This document shows positions 1 through 18,239 of a stretch of 64,000 nucleotides of DNA, one piece after another (position 1 is the first letter of the stretch; each line of letters starts with the position of its first letter). The position numbers and the translations under genes are program-made. Under the pieces are notes generated by a model, which saw nothing but the letters and a program-made list of their open reading frames with translations, ran no database searches and was not told where the DNA came from. The stretch comes from Macrostomum lignano (lineage: Eukaryota), in assembly GCA_002269645.1 (NCBI GenBank), contig NIVC01002943.1, forward strand, positions 63,402 through 127,401. The letters are read 5' to 3'.

Positions 1-3000
1 ATCTTCATGCTGAAGTCATTAAAAACTTTTTTGTAGTCCATCTGACAATTGTAATGAATCAATGCTTTACTAAGTAATATGTTACTAAATCATGTACTTT
101 CATGTTTGAAAAGGCCATGCCCGAATTCAGCAATTGAATCTACCTTTACAGTTTACCTGCATTATTTGATTCATTTACTTGTTCACTGTGTCCACTTTTC
201 AGCACAATAGCTTTCCGTTGTAATCCAGTCAATTTGTCTGCTACCAATTCATCTGCAGTCAGCTTGTCAGCAAAATATCTGAATGAGAATTTCGTCTGCT
301 ATGCTGGCCTTCTCATTGTACTATGAGTGAAGAGTCTACTACAGTACTACAACTGTAGCTACTACAGTCAAGCCAGTCAGGCATGATCGAGACAATGTTA
401 CAGGGTGGGTTTCAGGGCTTTGACACGAATGTATAGGTCGCATCATCGGCAGTGTCAAGGGTGTCAGCTGCATCAGCCGGCAGGCAGTCAATAAAATGCG
501 AGTGCGTGCCTTTCCTCTCCAGTATTACAGTGCCTACAGCATAGCAGCATCAGCACCAGCTGCGGGCAATACGAATTGGCTTGGTTGACATGGCCTGGCA
601 GCTGGAGACTGGAGTCGCCAACTGCACAACAGTTTGCTAAGACGGACACCAGTTCGGCGATAAAGTGTCGCATTGGTGACTCGCTCGTAGCTAATCTAAC
701 AATCTTGGGGGCAGTACACTACACAGCGTGATTACATTGTATATGTACATGTACATTATGAGAGTATGACACTCGATTCGTCTGCTCCCATTTTCATTCC
801 CAGTCAGTTTGTCTGCCAGAAGCTGAATTGACTGAGAACCCTTTTAGTCAGCTCTGCTTTTACTCAGCTGCTCCATTTTAGTGCTTTAATACTGTATTAA
901 TTAGCTTGGCAGAATGTATCAGTCTGTCTGTATACACTGAACCAGACGTACTTTATAACTTTATAACCTGTGGCTGTGGCAGGCAGTAACGAAAGTGAAG
1001 GAAAAAAATGCAGAACCTGTTGAGGTCGAAGGTGCGCAAGAAAGCTGCTGGCAAGCAGAGTCCCTGGGCTATCTACATGGACCAGACATTTGTCTTTCCT
1101 GCAGTGGTCCCAGCTGCAACTGCGCCAGAGTCGACTTCCAGCACGCCAGTTTGCCAACATTTCTCTACTGCTGCTGTTGCCTCGTCCCCTTCAGAGAAGA
1201 GGGGCGCCGATGCAGGATGCAGGCCTTCAAGAAGCTTTGAAGCGCAATCTTCGGGCCCAGCTGGAATGATCAAAGGAGACTGTGTAGAAAGCTGCACCAT
1301 GAGCTTGTCAGGCGCTCATAGCAGCTACTGTATACATGTAGGTGCAACGTGTCTGGCATCTGCAATATCTGCAAGTAAAGGATGGATTAGTGAGAAATGC
1401 ATAAAAGATAAAGTATATCCTAAGTCCTGCTATCATTTTAAAAAAAATTGCATATATGACTTCTTTTCGAATGTACAACCCCTCAATGTACATTTTTCCT
1501 ATCTCTGTAGTGTATTTTGCATTTACACCTGTGCCAATTATGCTTAATAACTTTGGTGCGGCAAAAGTTATCAGGATGTGCCTTTAGGACAAAGAGTTTG
1601 GCCTGTTCTGCTATCATTTTATCGAAGAAACTAACTGGCCATTCTTTCGAGCTTCAAAAATTTCCCGATTTTCATGTCCCTTATGGGGATTTGCATGTAT
1701 TTTGGCGATTTCCATTAAGCATACTGCGGCAAGAGTTATACTCATCCTGTCTAGCTTAAAAGTTTTATTTTGTCACTAGAAGTAAGTAGCAAAAAGAATT
1801 AGGGTGGCCGCTCTTTCCATTCAAAAGTTATGACCATTTTAAATTTTACATGTACATGTACATGTACATGTACATATTTTTGAACAAAAAAAGTTTGCTT
1901 AAAATGACCTGCAGGAAGTTACCTACACCCAATGTGCAAGCATTCTTACCAGTTATGCACTCATTTACTAAAAAACGAATCCTCCCGACCCCACATTTTC
2001 AAGCAAATTCGGCACAGTTTTGAAAATGTATGAAAATGTACACGATCTTTGACAGTCTGTATCTTTGTAATCGTATGTCCTAAACATGTTAACTATATGT
2101 CGTTTAAAAGATCTGTTTGCCTTCTTTTCAATGAATATAAGAACATTGTCATATCTTAAATATTTAAAAAGTTATAGCCATTTAAAGAAGACCACTTTTT
2201 TACTGTTTTTCGGTTTTGCACACGCTAAAAATAGGCTCACTGGACACCCTACTAAATATAAGCCTTATCTTACTTAACCCTATATTTAAAATAGGGCTAT
2301 AATTTTCCCTATATAGGTTTAATAGTGAGTGACATTATAATTAGCCAAATTATAGAATATAGATAAGATATATTTCACAAAATATAGACTTTTACAATTT
2401 TAATAACATTAAACATTGGCTTTGTGAATGCTATATAAATGATTAGACCCTATGGGTAGGCCTATACTAAAAAGAAATCTTAGTTCTCACTGCAAAAATA
2501 CAATAAAAAGCCTTTTTTATTGAGTTTTTATTTTTAGGTATCTAAGTTTTCATTTTTAGTATATCTGATGTATTTATATTTCGAAGATCTCAGAGATTTA
2601 GTATATTGTGATTAAGTCACTAGATTTAAGAATATTTTATTACCTGTATCTCCAATAATAATGTACTTAAACAAGTAAGCGTAAGACATTATTACTTTAG
2701 AATATAAAATTGAGATGCGATTTGTTAATTGAAAACACAATCGATTAACACAAACTAACACAAGGCAAACTTAGTATAGTAACTTATACTTTTAATTGCG
2801 GGGAATAAACGTCAGGTGATAAACACACATATTTAATTTTTTTCTTTCTTGGTACTTAGACGTATAAATTAAAAAAACACTGTAATTAGTTAAAAATCGG
2901 TTTTCTAAATATTTTTATGACGTTGGCAACAAACGTTTCAAATTAAAGTCAATCTTTGTTTTAACTGATGAGCTTTTTGCGGAGTGCTTATAGAATTAAG

Positions 3001-4352
3001 TATATACTCCTGTAGCCATGCAGTTTTCTGATATCATGCCATTCTCGAATTAATCAGCAATGATATCAACATTACGATATTATACTATTTAAGCACCATT
3101 TTACGAAAATTAAAGGCTTTTTACGTTAAATGCATTAATATTTTATGCATGACATTTTAATCAGTCATCCGTAATTTCCATGTGGATGTACGTAAATTGT
3201 ATGTATACTATTGTATATATCGTATGCATGCTTCCTACATATAGAGTATCTGAGACTAATTTAATTACATACAGTATTGTATGGATCGTCTAAGTACATA
3301 GTAATACACAGAACATGTGGAACCAGAATAATTGATTTGTGGCAAAAATTAGGCGAAATATGTTTTTTTATATACAAGTGCATCTATACAGTTGTATTGG
3401 ATAATGCACAAATGCTTTTGGTATACATTATGCGCACATTATATATCGCCATGTACATACCATATCTGCTTGTTAAATATTGTTTGGTGCTTTAGTACTG
3501 CCTAATTCGTGGTCTTTTTATTGTTGCGCATGCGTGTATTATTGATACACAGTAAATTTACATGCAAAGTATTGATTGATTTATGTATTTACAGTATTTT
3601 CAATACGAAAAAGATGTATACGAATGAATTAAGTTATATACTTTCATGTAATGGGTGGTATATCAGAAGAATCATTATTTCATTAAAAAGCTGTAAACTT
3701 AATGATATAACTCATTAACCAGCATTGCGTTTGCATTGTGCCGCGCCATTATTGCACTTCAACAAGGAAATGCAGCAAGATACAGTATATGTGAGGGCAA
3801 ACAATTAAAAAGCCTATTAAATTCGGTCATGCCAGCCCAGACGAACTTTTCTAGAAATCACACCACTCAGAATAAAGCCGGCGTTAATTGAGCTGCAGGT
3901 GGTGGATCGTTAGCGGGGCCCGAGGAAGAGTCGTATAAGTCTCAGCGAAACACCGTCAAAGGCGGAGGCTCGGGACCGGCTGATAAGCCAAGCCGACGGG
4001 ACAGCCCTGTGATCTCTCAGGTGTTGTAAATGACCATAAAATTATTTTTAATGAGCAACAGAATTATTAAACTCGCAGGCAGAGCAGACCTGCGCAGTTT
4101 TATGATCGCCAATTCAACCTTGAGCTGTCGGTATTTAATAAAAGCATTCACTTCTTTCCCGAAGGGCCAGAAAAATGCAGATAAAATTATACTTCAATTG
4201 CCATAAAACATAAACAATCAGGGCAGACGGAAACAACAACCCTGTGCACCTTCGGAGTTCATAAAAGCTGAAACGATAAGTGGAGATTAGCAGTTTTTAT
4301 TGATATTTGGAAGCACCTACGCCGATGCAGTGCGTATGCACCAATGCTCAGC

Positions 4353-6870
4353 CCCCTGACACTCGATTCGGACCCGGCCCTGACACTCGATTAGGAGCCC
4401 TGACACTCGATTCGGACCCGGCCCTGACACTCGATTAGGAGCCCTGACACTCGATTCGGACCCGGCCCTGACACTCGATTAGGAGCCCTGACACTCGATT
4501 CGGACCCCTGACACTCGATTAGGACACTCCTGACACTCGATTAGGACACTCCTGACACTCGATTCGGAGACCTGACACTCGATTCAGACACTCTTGACAC
4601 TCGATTCGAATCCCTGACACTCGATTTGGAGCCATGAGACTCGATTTGGAGCCCTGACACTCGATTCGGAGCCCTGACACTCGATTTGGACCATTGACAC
4701 TCGATTAGGACACTCTTGACACTCGATTCTGACCCCTGACACTCGATTCGGAGCCCTGACACTCGATTCGGACCCCTGACACTCGATTAGGACACTCCTG
4801 ACACTCGATTAGGACACTCCTGACACTCGATTAGGACACTCCTGACACTCGATTCGGAGACCTGACACTCAATTCAGACACTCTTGACACTCGATTCGGA
4901 CCCCTGACACTCGATTCGGACACTCCTGACACTCGATTTTGAGCCCTGACACTCGATTCGGAGCCTTGACACTCGATTCGGAGCCCTGACACTCGATTTG
5001 GACCATTGACACTCGATTAGGACACTCCTGACACTCGATTAGGACACTCCTGACACTCGATTCGGAGACCTGACACTCGATTCAGACACTCTTGACACTC
5101 GATTCGGATCCCTGACACTCGATTTGGAGCCCTGAGACTCGATTTGGAGCCCTGACACTCGATTCGGAGCCCTGACACTCGATTTGGACCATTGACACTC
5201 GATTAGGACACTCTTGACACTCGATTCGGACCCCTGACACTCGATTCGGAGCCCTGACACTCGATTCGGACCCCTGACACTCGATTAGGACACTCCTGAC
5301 ACTCGATTAGGACACTCCTGACACTCGATTAGGACACTCCTGACACTCGATTAGGACACTCCTGACACTCGATTCGGAGACCTGACACTCAATTCAGACA
5401 CTCTTGACACTCGATTCGGACCATTGACACTCGATTCGGATCCCTGACACTCGATTTGGAGCCCTGAGACTCGATTTGGAGCCCTGACACTCGATTCGGA
5501 CCCCTGACACTCGATTCGGAGCCCTGACACTCGATTCGGACCCCTGACACTCGATTAGGACACTCCTGACACTCGATTCGGAGCCCTGACACTCGATTCG
5601 GAGCCCTGACACTCGATTCGGAGCCCTGACACTCGATTCGGACCCCTGACACTCGATTCGGACCATTGACACTCGATTTGGACCCCTGACACTCGATTTG
5701 GACCATTGACATTCGATTAGGACAGTCCTGACACTCGATTCGGACCCCTGACACTCGATTCGGACACTCCTGACACTCGATTTTGAGCCCTGACACTCGA
5801 TTCGGAGCCTTGACACTCGATTCGGAGCCCTGACACTCGATTTGGACCATTGACACTCGATTAGGACACTCCTGACACTCGATTAGGACACTCCTGACAC
5901 TCGATTCGGAGACCTGACACTCGATTCAGACACTCTTGACACTCGATTCGGATCCCTGACACTCGATTTGGAGCCCTGAGACTCGATTTGGAGCCCTGAC
6001 ACTCGATTCGGAGCCCTGACACTCGATTTGGACCATTGACACTCGATTAGGACACTCTTGACACTCGATTCGGACCCCTGACACTCGATTTGGAGCCCTG
6101 AGACTCGATTTGGAGCCCTGACACTCGATTCGGACCCCTGACACTCGATTCGGAGCCCTGACACTCGATTCGGACCCCTGACACTCGATTAGGACACTCC
6201 TGACACTCGATTCGGAGCCCTGACACTCGATTCGGACACTCTTGACACTCGATTCGGACCATTGACACTCGATTTGGACCCCTGACACTCGATTCGGACC
6301 CCTGGCACTCGATTCGGACACTCCTGACACTCGATTTTGAGCCCTGACACTCGATTCGGACACTCTTGACACTCGATTCGGACCATTGACACTCGATTTG
6401 GACCCCTGACACTCGATTCGGACCCCTGACACTCGATTCGGACACTCCTGACGCTCGATTTTGAGCCCTGACACTCGATTCGGAGCCTTGACACTCGATT
6501 CGGACCCCTGACACTCGATTCGGACCCCTGACACTCGATTCGGACCCCTGACACTCGATTCGGACACTCCTGACACTCGATTTTGAGCCCTGACACTCGA
6601 TTCGGACACTCTTAACACTCGATTCGGACCCCTGACACTCGATTCGGACCCCTGACACTCGATTCGGACCCCTGACACTCGATTTGGAGCCCTGACACTC
6701 GATTTGGACCATTGACACTCGATTAGGACACTCTTGACACTCGATTCGGACCCCTGACACTCGATTCGGACCCCTGACACTCGATACGGAGCCCTGACAC
6801 TCGATACGGAGCCCTGACACTCGATACTAGATTCGGAGACCCGAAACTCGATTAAGAGCCCTGACACCCT
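4353..6870. repeat. ~19-21-bp minisatellite (cctgacactcgattcggac), 2.5 kb
   Basis: Direct reading; internal block duplications (~498 bp apart) and a degenerate tail to ~6960. Confidence 0.95.
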
Positions 6871-7390
6871 CCGCTTTATTTGACTCCCCGACACCCAATT
6901 TGACTCCCTTGACACCTAGTTTAACTCCCTAACCTGAAACTCCTCCCTCTAAAGCATTAATAGCTACCCTCCAAATACCCTAACTAGAACCCCGTACAGA
7001 ATCATCTCAGCAGTTGCCAGCAGGATTGCTCAATTGGAGAAAGCGATATTCGAGGATACACCCTCAAGTGTTGAGAGTTCAGCTGCACCTCAGGCTCAGC
7101 CTCAGGTTGCACTGACCAGCTCAGGCAGCCGCGGGGCGGTCACATTCCAGCGTATCTTATCAACCTTCAAGCGAAACCAGCAAGGCTCGGAGGTGCAGAC
7201 AGGGGAAACGTATAAACTTGATCTACAGATAAGTTTAGACTATCGAAAAAACACTGCACCTACTACACTATAAAATGGCTGACTGCCTATTGAGTTTTCG
7301 CTAGCAGACAAACGTAGTTTCTTAGCATAATTGATTTCTGTTTGAATTTTTACGCTGCAATCAGGCTATCCGATTTTCGAGTTGTAACCA

Positions 7391-8391
7391 ATGGCAACCA
7401 GCTGTTTCTTCGGTTCTTGCAACTGTTGGCAGTGCCGCCGGTGCTATGGCAGCAATGGGGTTGTCGGCAACACGGGCGGCTGGGCTCCCAGCGGCTGCCA
7501 GACGGCGCCTCCGCCGATGTCCCTGTGGCCGCCGCCGCCGCCACCCCAGCCGCCCGCGCTGGCGCCGCCGAATCCTCAGCCCCGAAGGCGAAAGAGAAAC
7601 CACGTGCCCCGGCCGATGAACCCTTTCATGGTGTGGGCCAAGGTTGAGCGCAAGCGGATGTCCAGGGCGCACCCGGATGTGCACAATGTGCAGTTGAGCC
7701 GGCTGCTCGGTGAGCTTACAATTACATCCACCCGTGTGAAGAGGGCCAGTCCCGAAGCCTCCGAGAGTGTACATGCCTGATGATGATGATGAGAAAGTCT
7801 GGGTCGCTGTACACCCCGTGTGAGCGTGTGCCTGCGCACGTATCCGTGTGTGCGCTCTGAAGTCAGCGAAATGAGCATGACTGCTTGAGTTCCACTTTCA
7901 AGTAAACTAGCTAACTAACTGGACTCTGTCCGTCTTCAGGTGACAGATGGAGGTCGATGCCCTACCAGGAGAAGCTGCCCTACATCCTGGAGGCCGACCG
8001 GCTCAAGCAGCAGCACCTGCTGGACCATCCGGGCTACAAGTACCAGCCGAGGCGGAGGCGGAAGCAGCAGCAGCAGCAGCAGCAGCAGCAGAGCCAGGAG
8101 CTCATGAGCTGCCTCCATCCAGATCCTCGATGCAGCTGCCCCAGTTGCTGCTTATCACATCCAAACTCGGACAATCCAGCGGAGAACAAACACCAGCTCC
8201 ACCACCAGCTGCAGCACCAGCTTCAATACCAGTCTCAGTCCCAGCTGATGGCCATCAGTGACAGCGCCAGCACGAGCCGCAGCATCAGCAGCGTCAGCAG
8301 CGTCAGCAGCAGCAGCAGCGAATTCGACTGCTTCGATGCGCAGTCATTCGCTGAATTTCTGGGAGGCCTGGACGTTACGCAGCTCTTATAG
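7391..8391 (+). CDS. Sox-family HMG-box transcription factor (SoxF/SoxE-like), 2 exons, ~256 aa
   Basis: Exons 7391-7709 and 7940-8391 (GT-AG) join to ...HVPRPMNPFMVWAKVERKRMSRAHPDVHNVQLSRLLG|DRWRSMPYQEKLPYILEADRLKQQHLLDHPGYKYQPRRRRK, a Sox HMG box. Pro-rich N-terminus and a CAG-encoded polyQ follow the pattern of a transcription factor. Start codon not proven. Confidence 0.9.
7745..7830. mobile_element. Partial copy (one end) of the same fold-back element in the Sox intron
   Basis: gagggccag..gagtgtacatgcctgatga..gggtcgctgtacaccccgtgtgag matches ~19118-19198. Confidence 0.6.
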
Positions 8392-9617
8392 AGTCGGATC
8401 TTTGAGCTTTTTGTTGAGAACTGATAAGAGAAAAGCTGACAGCCTCTTGCCAATTAACGCAGAGAAAATTGGAAAGTTTAAAGTTTGTAAAAGTTGGTCA
8501 GGTACAAGTGAGTTTAGCGAAGTGTCAATGAGTTGCATGTTGCATGCACTGAATCCAGTCTCCGATGAAGCCTAGAAAGTGTCCGGCAGTCAGGCTCCGT
8601 TTTCGCATAGCAACAGTCAGCTAATTTTATCAGTGGACTGCACTCAGCTACCCTAATCCTGTAGATCAGGTGACCCTGTTTACCCGTTAATAAGAAAGAT
8701 TTTAAATGTACGTCTTCCTTGTTTTGAAATTTTTGAGCACCCCAAGCAGCTGTCAATCTGTTGAAACCTCTTATTAAAAGGACGTCATGAACTTTTTGTA
8801 CAATTGATTCTTCATCAAGTTTCACTTCCGATTCGACAAATAAAATAAACTGATGGTAAAAACGCGAGTTTTGCAAGCGCGCCAAGTTAATTCCCTGCAA
8901 TTAGCAGGGCTCATCCATCATTTAATTGCACAGGCATCAGGAAGGCCCAATTGCAATAAGAATTTGTGGCTTCACTAAATAAGAAAGCTTTGAGATCGGC
9001 CTGAGAACAGTGCCAAGACCAGCTCAACCCTCGATCCCCCAGGCCAATGCAAAGCTGCATGGTTTCTGTTATGCAAACAAAGGAGCCTCTCCGAAGCCCG
9101 CGAGCGGTGCCGCCCCACGAGCGGTCTCTGCTGCTAGACTGCTGCAATCTGGCTGAGGGCGGGGGTGGCGATCGGCCTTCCCAAGGTGCGAATTGCCTCT
9201 GGAGCATATCAGTCTATCAGCGAGGGGTCGCCTCCACCCCCTTTCCACTCGGACAGGTGCTCGGGTCAATTACCGATAGTAAATAAAACTATTTTAACGC
9301 GGTGTAAAAACATGCAGGTGCCCAGCCCGAGCCGAGAACTCTCAACATGAATCAAAAAAATCTCAAGGGGTCAATATGGGCCTAGCAAAATATTAAACTG
9401 TTATAAAATCCTCTGACTGACAGGTGCTGATAAAATCTGGAGCTCCAAAGTTAATTAAATTGATATTTAATGCGTGGCAGAGTTGCCAAAACCAGATTTG
9501 CTCACGTGGCTGACCACTTAGTTGACCTTTTATGTACCCCTGAATGCACTGCAGTCAGAATGGAAATTGCCCGTGCATTACAATATTTAGAACCAGAATG
9601 GGATACTCAAGAATGCT

Positions 9618-10530
9618 CAGAGCTGACATTTTCACTCATGCTCAAAGCTGACATTGTCCTACATGCTCAAAGCTGACATTGTCATACATTCTCAGAGCTG
9701 ACATTGTCCTACATGCTCAAAGCTGACATTGTCCTACATGCTCAAAGCTGACATTGTCCTACATGCTCAAAGCTGACATTGTCCTACATGCTCAAAGCTG
9801 ACATTGTCATACATTCTCAGAGCTGACATTGTCATACATGCTCAAAGCTGACATTGTCCTACATGCTCAAAGCTGACATTGTCATACATTCTCAGAGCTG
9901 ACATTGTCATACATTCTCAAAGCTGACATTGTCATACATTCTCAAAGCTGACATTGTCCTACATGCTCAAAGCTGACATTGTCCTACATGCTCAAAGCTG
10001 ACATTGTCCTACATGCTCAAAGCTGACATTGTCATACATTCTCAGAGCTGACATTGTCATACATTCTCAGAGCTGACATTGTCCTACATGCTCAAAGCTG
10101 ACATTGTCCTACATGCTCAAAGCTGACATTGTCCTACATGCTCAAAGCTGACATTGTCATACATTCTCAGAGCTGACATTGTCATACATGCTCAAAGCTG
10201 ACATTGTCCTACATGCTCAAAGCTGACATTGTCATGCATGCTCAAAGCTGACATTGTCATACATTCTCAGAGCTGACATTGTCATACATTCTCAGAGCTG
10301 ACATTGTCATACATGCTCAAAGCTGACATTGTCCTACATGCTCAAAGCTGACATTGTCATACATTCTCAGAGCTGACATTGTCATACATGCTCAAAGCTA
10401 ACATTGTCATACATTCTCAGAGCTGACATTGTCATGCATGCTCAAAGCTGACATTGTCCTACATGCTCAAAGCTGACATTGCCATACATGCTCAGAGCTG
10501 ACATTGTCCTACATTCTCAGAGCTGACATT
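9618..10530. repeat. 25-bp minisatellite (agctgacattgtcctacatgctcaa)
   Basis: Direct reading; intergenic. Confidence 0.95.
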
Positions 10531-11146
10531 TTCCCTAAAGCTTGCCGTTTTGCACAGCCAGTCAGCGGACTGCAGTTTCTGCTACGAGTAGAAAGTTAAA
10601 ATGCAGCCAAAGTTGCACGGAGGAAGCCCCCATTGTCTCCCCGCTCTCCTCGCTCTTAAGCAAAAATTTACACAAGCGGCATTCAGCAGAGCTTAACAAT
10701 CAGCTATTCTAAGGATAAAAATCCTCAGAGCTCCGTGCAGTTTCCTCTCCAATTCAGAAGCCATTGCAACTTCCGTAGCCAGGCTGCTGCTGCTGCTGCT
10801 GCCTTCTCGCAACAAATTTCTTTGAGTTTCTTCAACGGGCCTCCTGAGTGCAGTGTTCAGTCCGCCGCAGTGTACCCGCGGCTTCATTCACCTGCTCCAT
10901 TTCTCCCCTCCGCTGGGCGCCCCCGCCCGCACTCCCATTGTGTCAGTCAATCAATCAATCCTGACCCCACTGCAGAAAGTGGCGGAGGGGGGCAGCGTCG
11001 CCACCGCTGCCCAGAATCTGGCCAGGGCTTGAAGCGGTGGCTGTACTTAACCTCCGCCACTTTCACTCATTAGCGGCTGAGCATAGCACTTTTCCCTACT
11101 CATAACAGCCTTACTGGGAACTTCGTAGCGCAACGCACGCGGGAGA

Positions 11147-13099
<1,953 letters not shown>

Positions 13100-13317
13100 G
13101 CATCGGGACGTTGCCTGGAGCAACTGAAGGATGCAGTTTATGAACAGACCCAGGATTCTCAAGTAGAGCTGCTCATTAATATATGTATGTAGCAATACAA
13201 AATACTTTCAATAAAACAGATTGAAATCAATGTATGCATATACAGTTATCAATGTATGGTCTGCACATGTGCAAACCTCCATTCTCATGTAACCGCGCTG
13301 AAGTAACTGAAGGAAGT

Positions 13318-13650
13318 CACATCCCAGGCTTCTGTTCACAATCACAGCCTGAAGGTACTCACACCTCAGGCTTCCGTTCACAATCACAACCTGAAGGTTA
13401 CCCTCACCACGGGCTTCTGTTCACAATCACAACCTGAAGGTTACCCTCACCACGGGCTTCTGTTCACAATCACAACCTGAAGGTTACCCTCACCACGGGC
13501 TTCTGTTCACAATCACAACCTGAAGGTTACCCTCACCACGGGCTTCTGTTCACAATCACAACCTGAAGGTTACCCTCACCACGGGCTTCTGTTCAAAATC
13601 ACAACCTGAAGGTTACTACTCTCATCACAGGCTTTCGTTCACAACATTTC
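13318..13650. repeat. 43-bp minisatellite (cacaatcacaacctgaaggttaccctcaccacgggcttctgtt)
   Basis: Direct reading. Confidence 0.9.
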
Positions 13651-14323
13651 CTGTTAAAAAAAGCAGTAACTCAAAGCGGCAGAGCAGACTGATATCGACG
13701 GTCACAGAGATTTTAGTTTCAGTTTCAACTTTGTTGTTGGGCTGTTATTCTTCGAAACTTCTTAAGAGAATCGACCGGTTCTAGCGAAGAGGGAACTCGG
13801 TTTATTTGTGTTACTAATAGTAGTATTGGGAGCTGATCAAACTATGTATCAGAATGGAAAGGCCGCAGCCGCACAAAACCAGCGTGTTGTTGAAGCGGGC
13901 AGTGAAACACAAGAAAAATACAGGACTGTGAAGTACATAGGGACTACCGAGGGAATTTCAAACTAAGATGATGAAGATTAGGAGACTGCGCCTAAGACTA
14001 ACCTCAACAAAACAGGGTTAAATAACAATTGAGATAGCGTTCCTATTTGCTCAATAAGATATTGAAATTTTTTAGAAACTACAAACAGTGTAATTCTGAA
14101 CTTACTCGCGAAGTGTCTACTTATTATTGTAAGTAGTCACTATAGTAATTTTAATATTAATAATAAATAGTTTTAATATGCTACCAATGAAATTGAAGAT
14201 AGATATTTATCCGTACAAACTAAAAAAGTCCCAGCAAAGGCCCAGCACAGCTCAGTCAGTCTGCACTCAGTCAGTCAGGTCTCAGTCAAGCCTCTCAAAG
14301 CCGGTCTCAACCGGACGTCTAAT

Positions 14324-17654
<3,331 letters not shown>

Positions 17655-17709
17655 TGTTGCGGCTTTGAGAGAATTGAAGCTAAAGAGCTGCGGGATGGCC
17701 GGCATTGGG

Positions 17710-17719
17710 GTCACGTGAC
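17710..17719. promoter_or_regulatory. Palindromic E-box GTCACGTGAC upstream of the ATP5F1A start
   Basis: Perfect 10-bp palindrome 56 bp upstream of the ATG; function inferred. Confidence 0.4.
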
Positions 17720-18239
17720 GCTTGCGCTCGAGTGCAGGTAAACATGGATTGGCTGGGCCTTTTATCTGTCTACCTGATCGTGTGTACCTATGACAGTGCC
17801 TGTGTGTACCTATGACAGAGCTCTCATGTCTACTTTCAAAATGGCCTATATTTCGCCATACTTCTAGATCCTGTTGCTAGAAAAATGAACAAAGAAAAGA
17901 AGCATAAAAGTCAACAAACTTAGATCTGTGCAGCGCAATTCAAAATGTATTTCGCGACAACACGCGAGAGCAACACCTCAATGAATTAATAAATGACCTT
18001 CTCGCATAACAGGTGCTACAAAACTAGCTAACAGTTGCACAGCTTGCAAGAAGACAAAATTATGAAAGCTGAGTAAAAATGCGACTTTAGAACAGACAAT
18101 CTTAGTGTTTTAAGCTAATTGAAACTGAATTTATGACAGCATAGAAGTCAGGCCTGACAGCTTCAGATGAGTACGAGACACGAAATATTGATTTAGGATT
18201 TGTGCCGTTTTTACTTATAAATTAACAGCTATTGTGGCC

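Noticed and set aside
897-1547. ORFs 897-1160(-), 995-1240(+), 1008-1547(+) as genes or transposase
   Set aside because: No recognisable motifs; overlapping frames could not be resolved without homology search.
7034-7273. 79-aa ORF upstream of Sox as a separate gene or extra exon
   Set aside because: No recognisable domain, starts at a non-ATG codon, and no convincing splice link was found.
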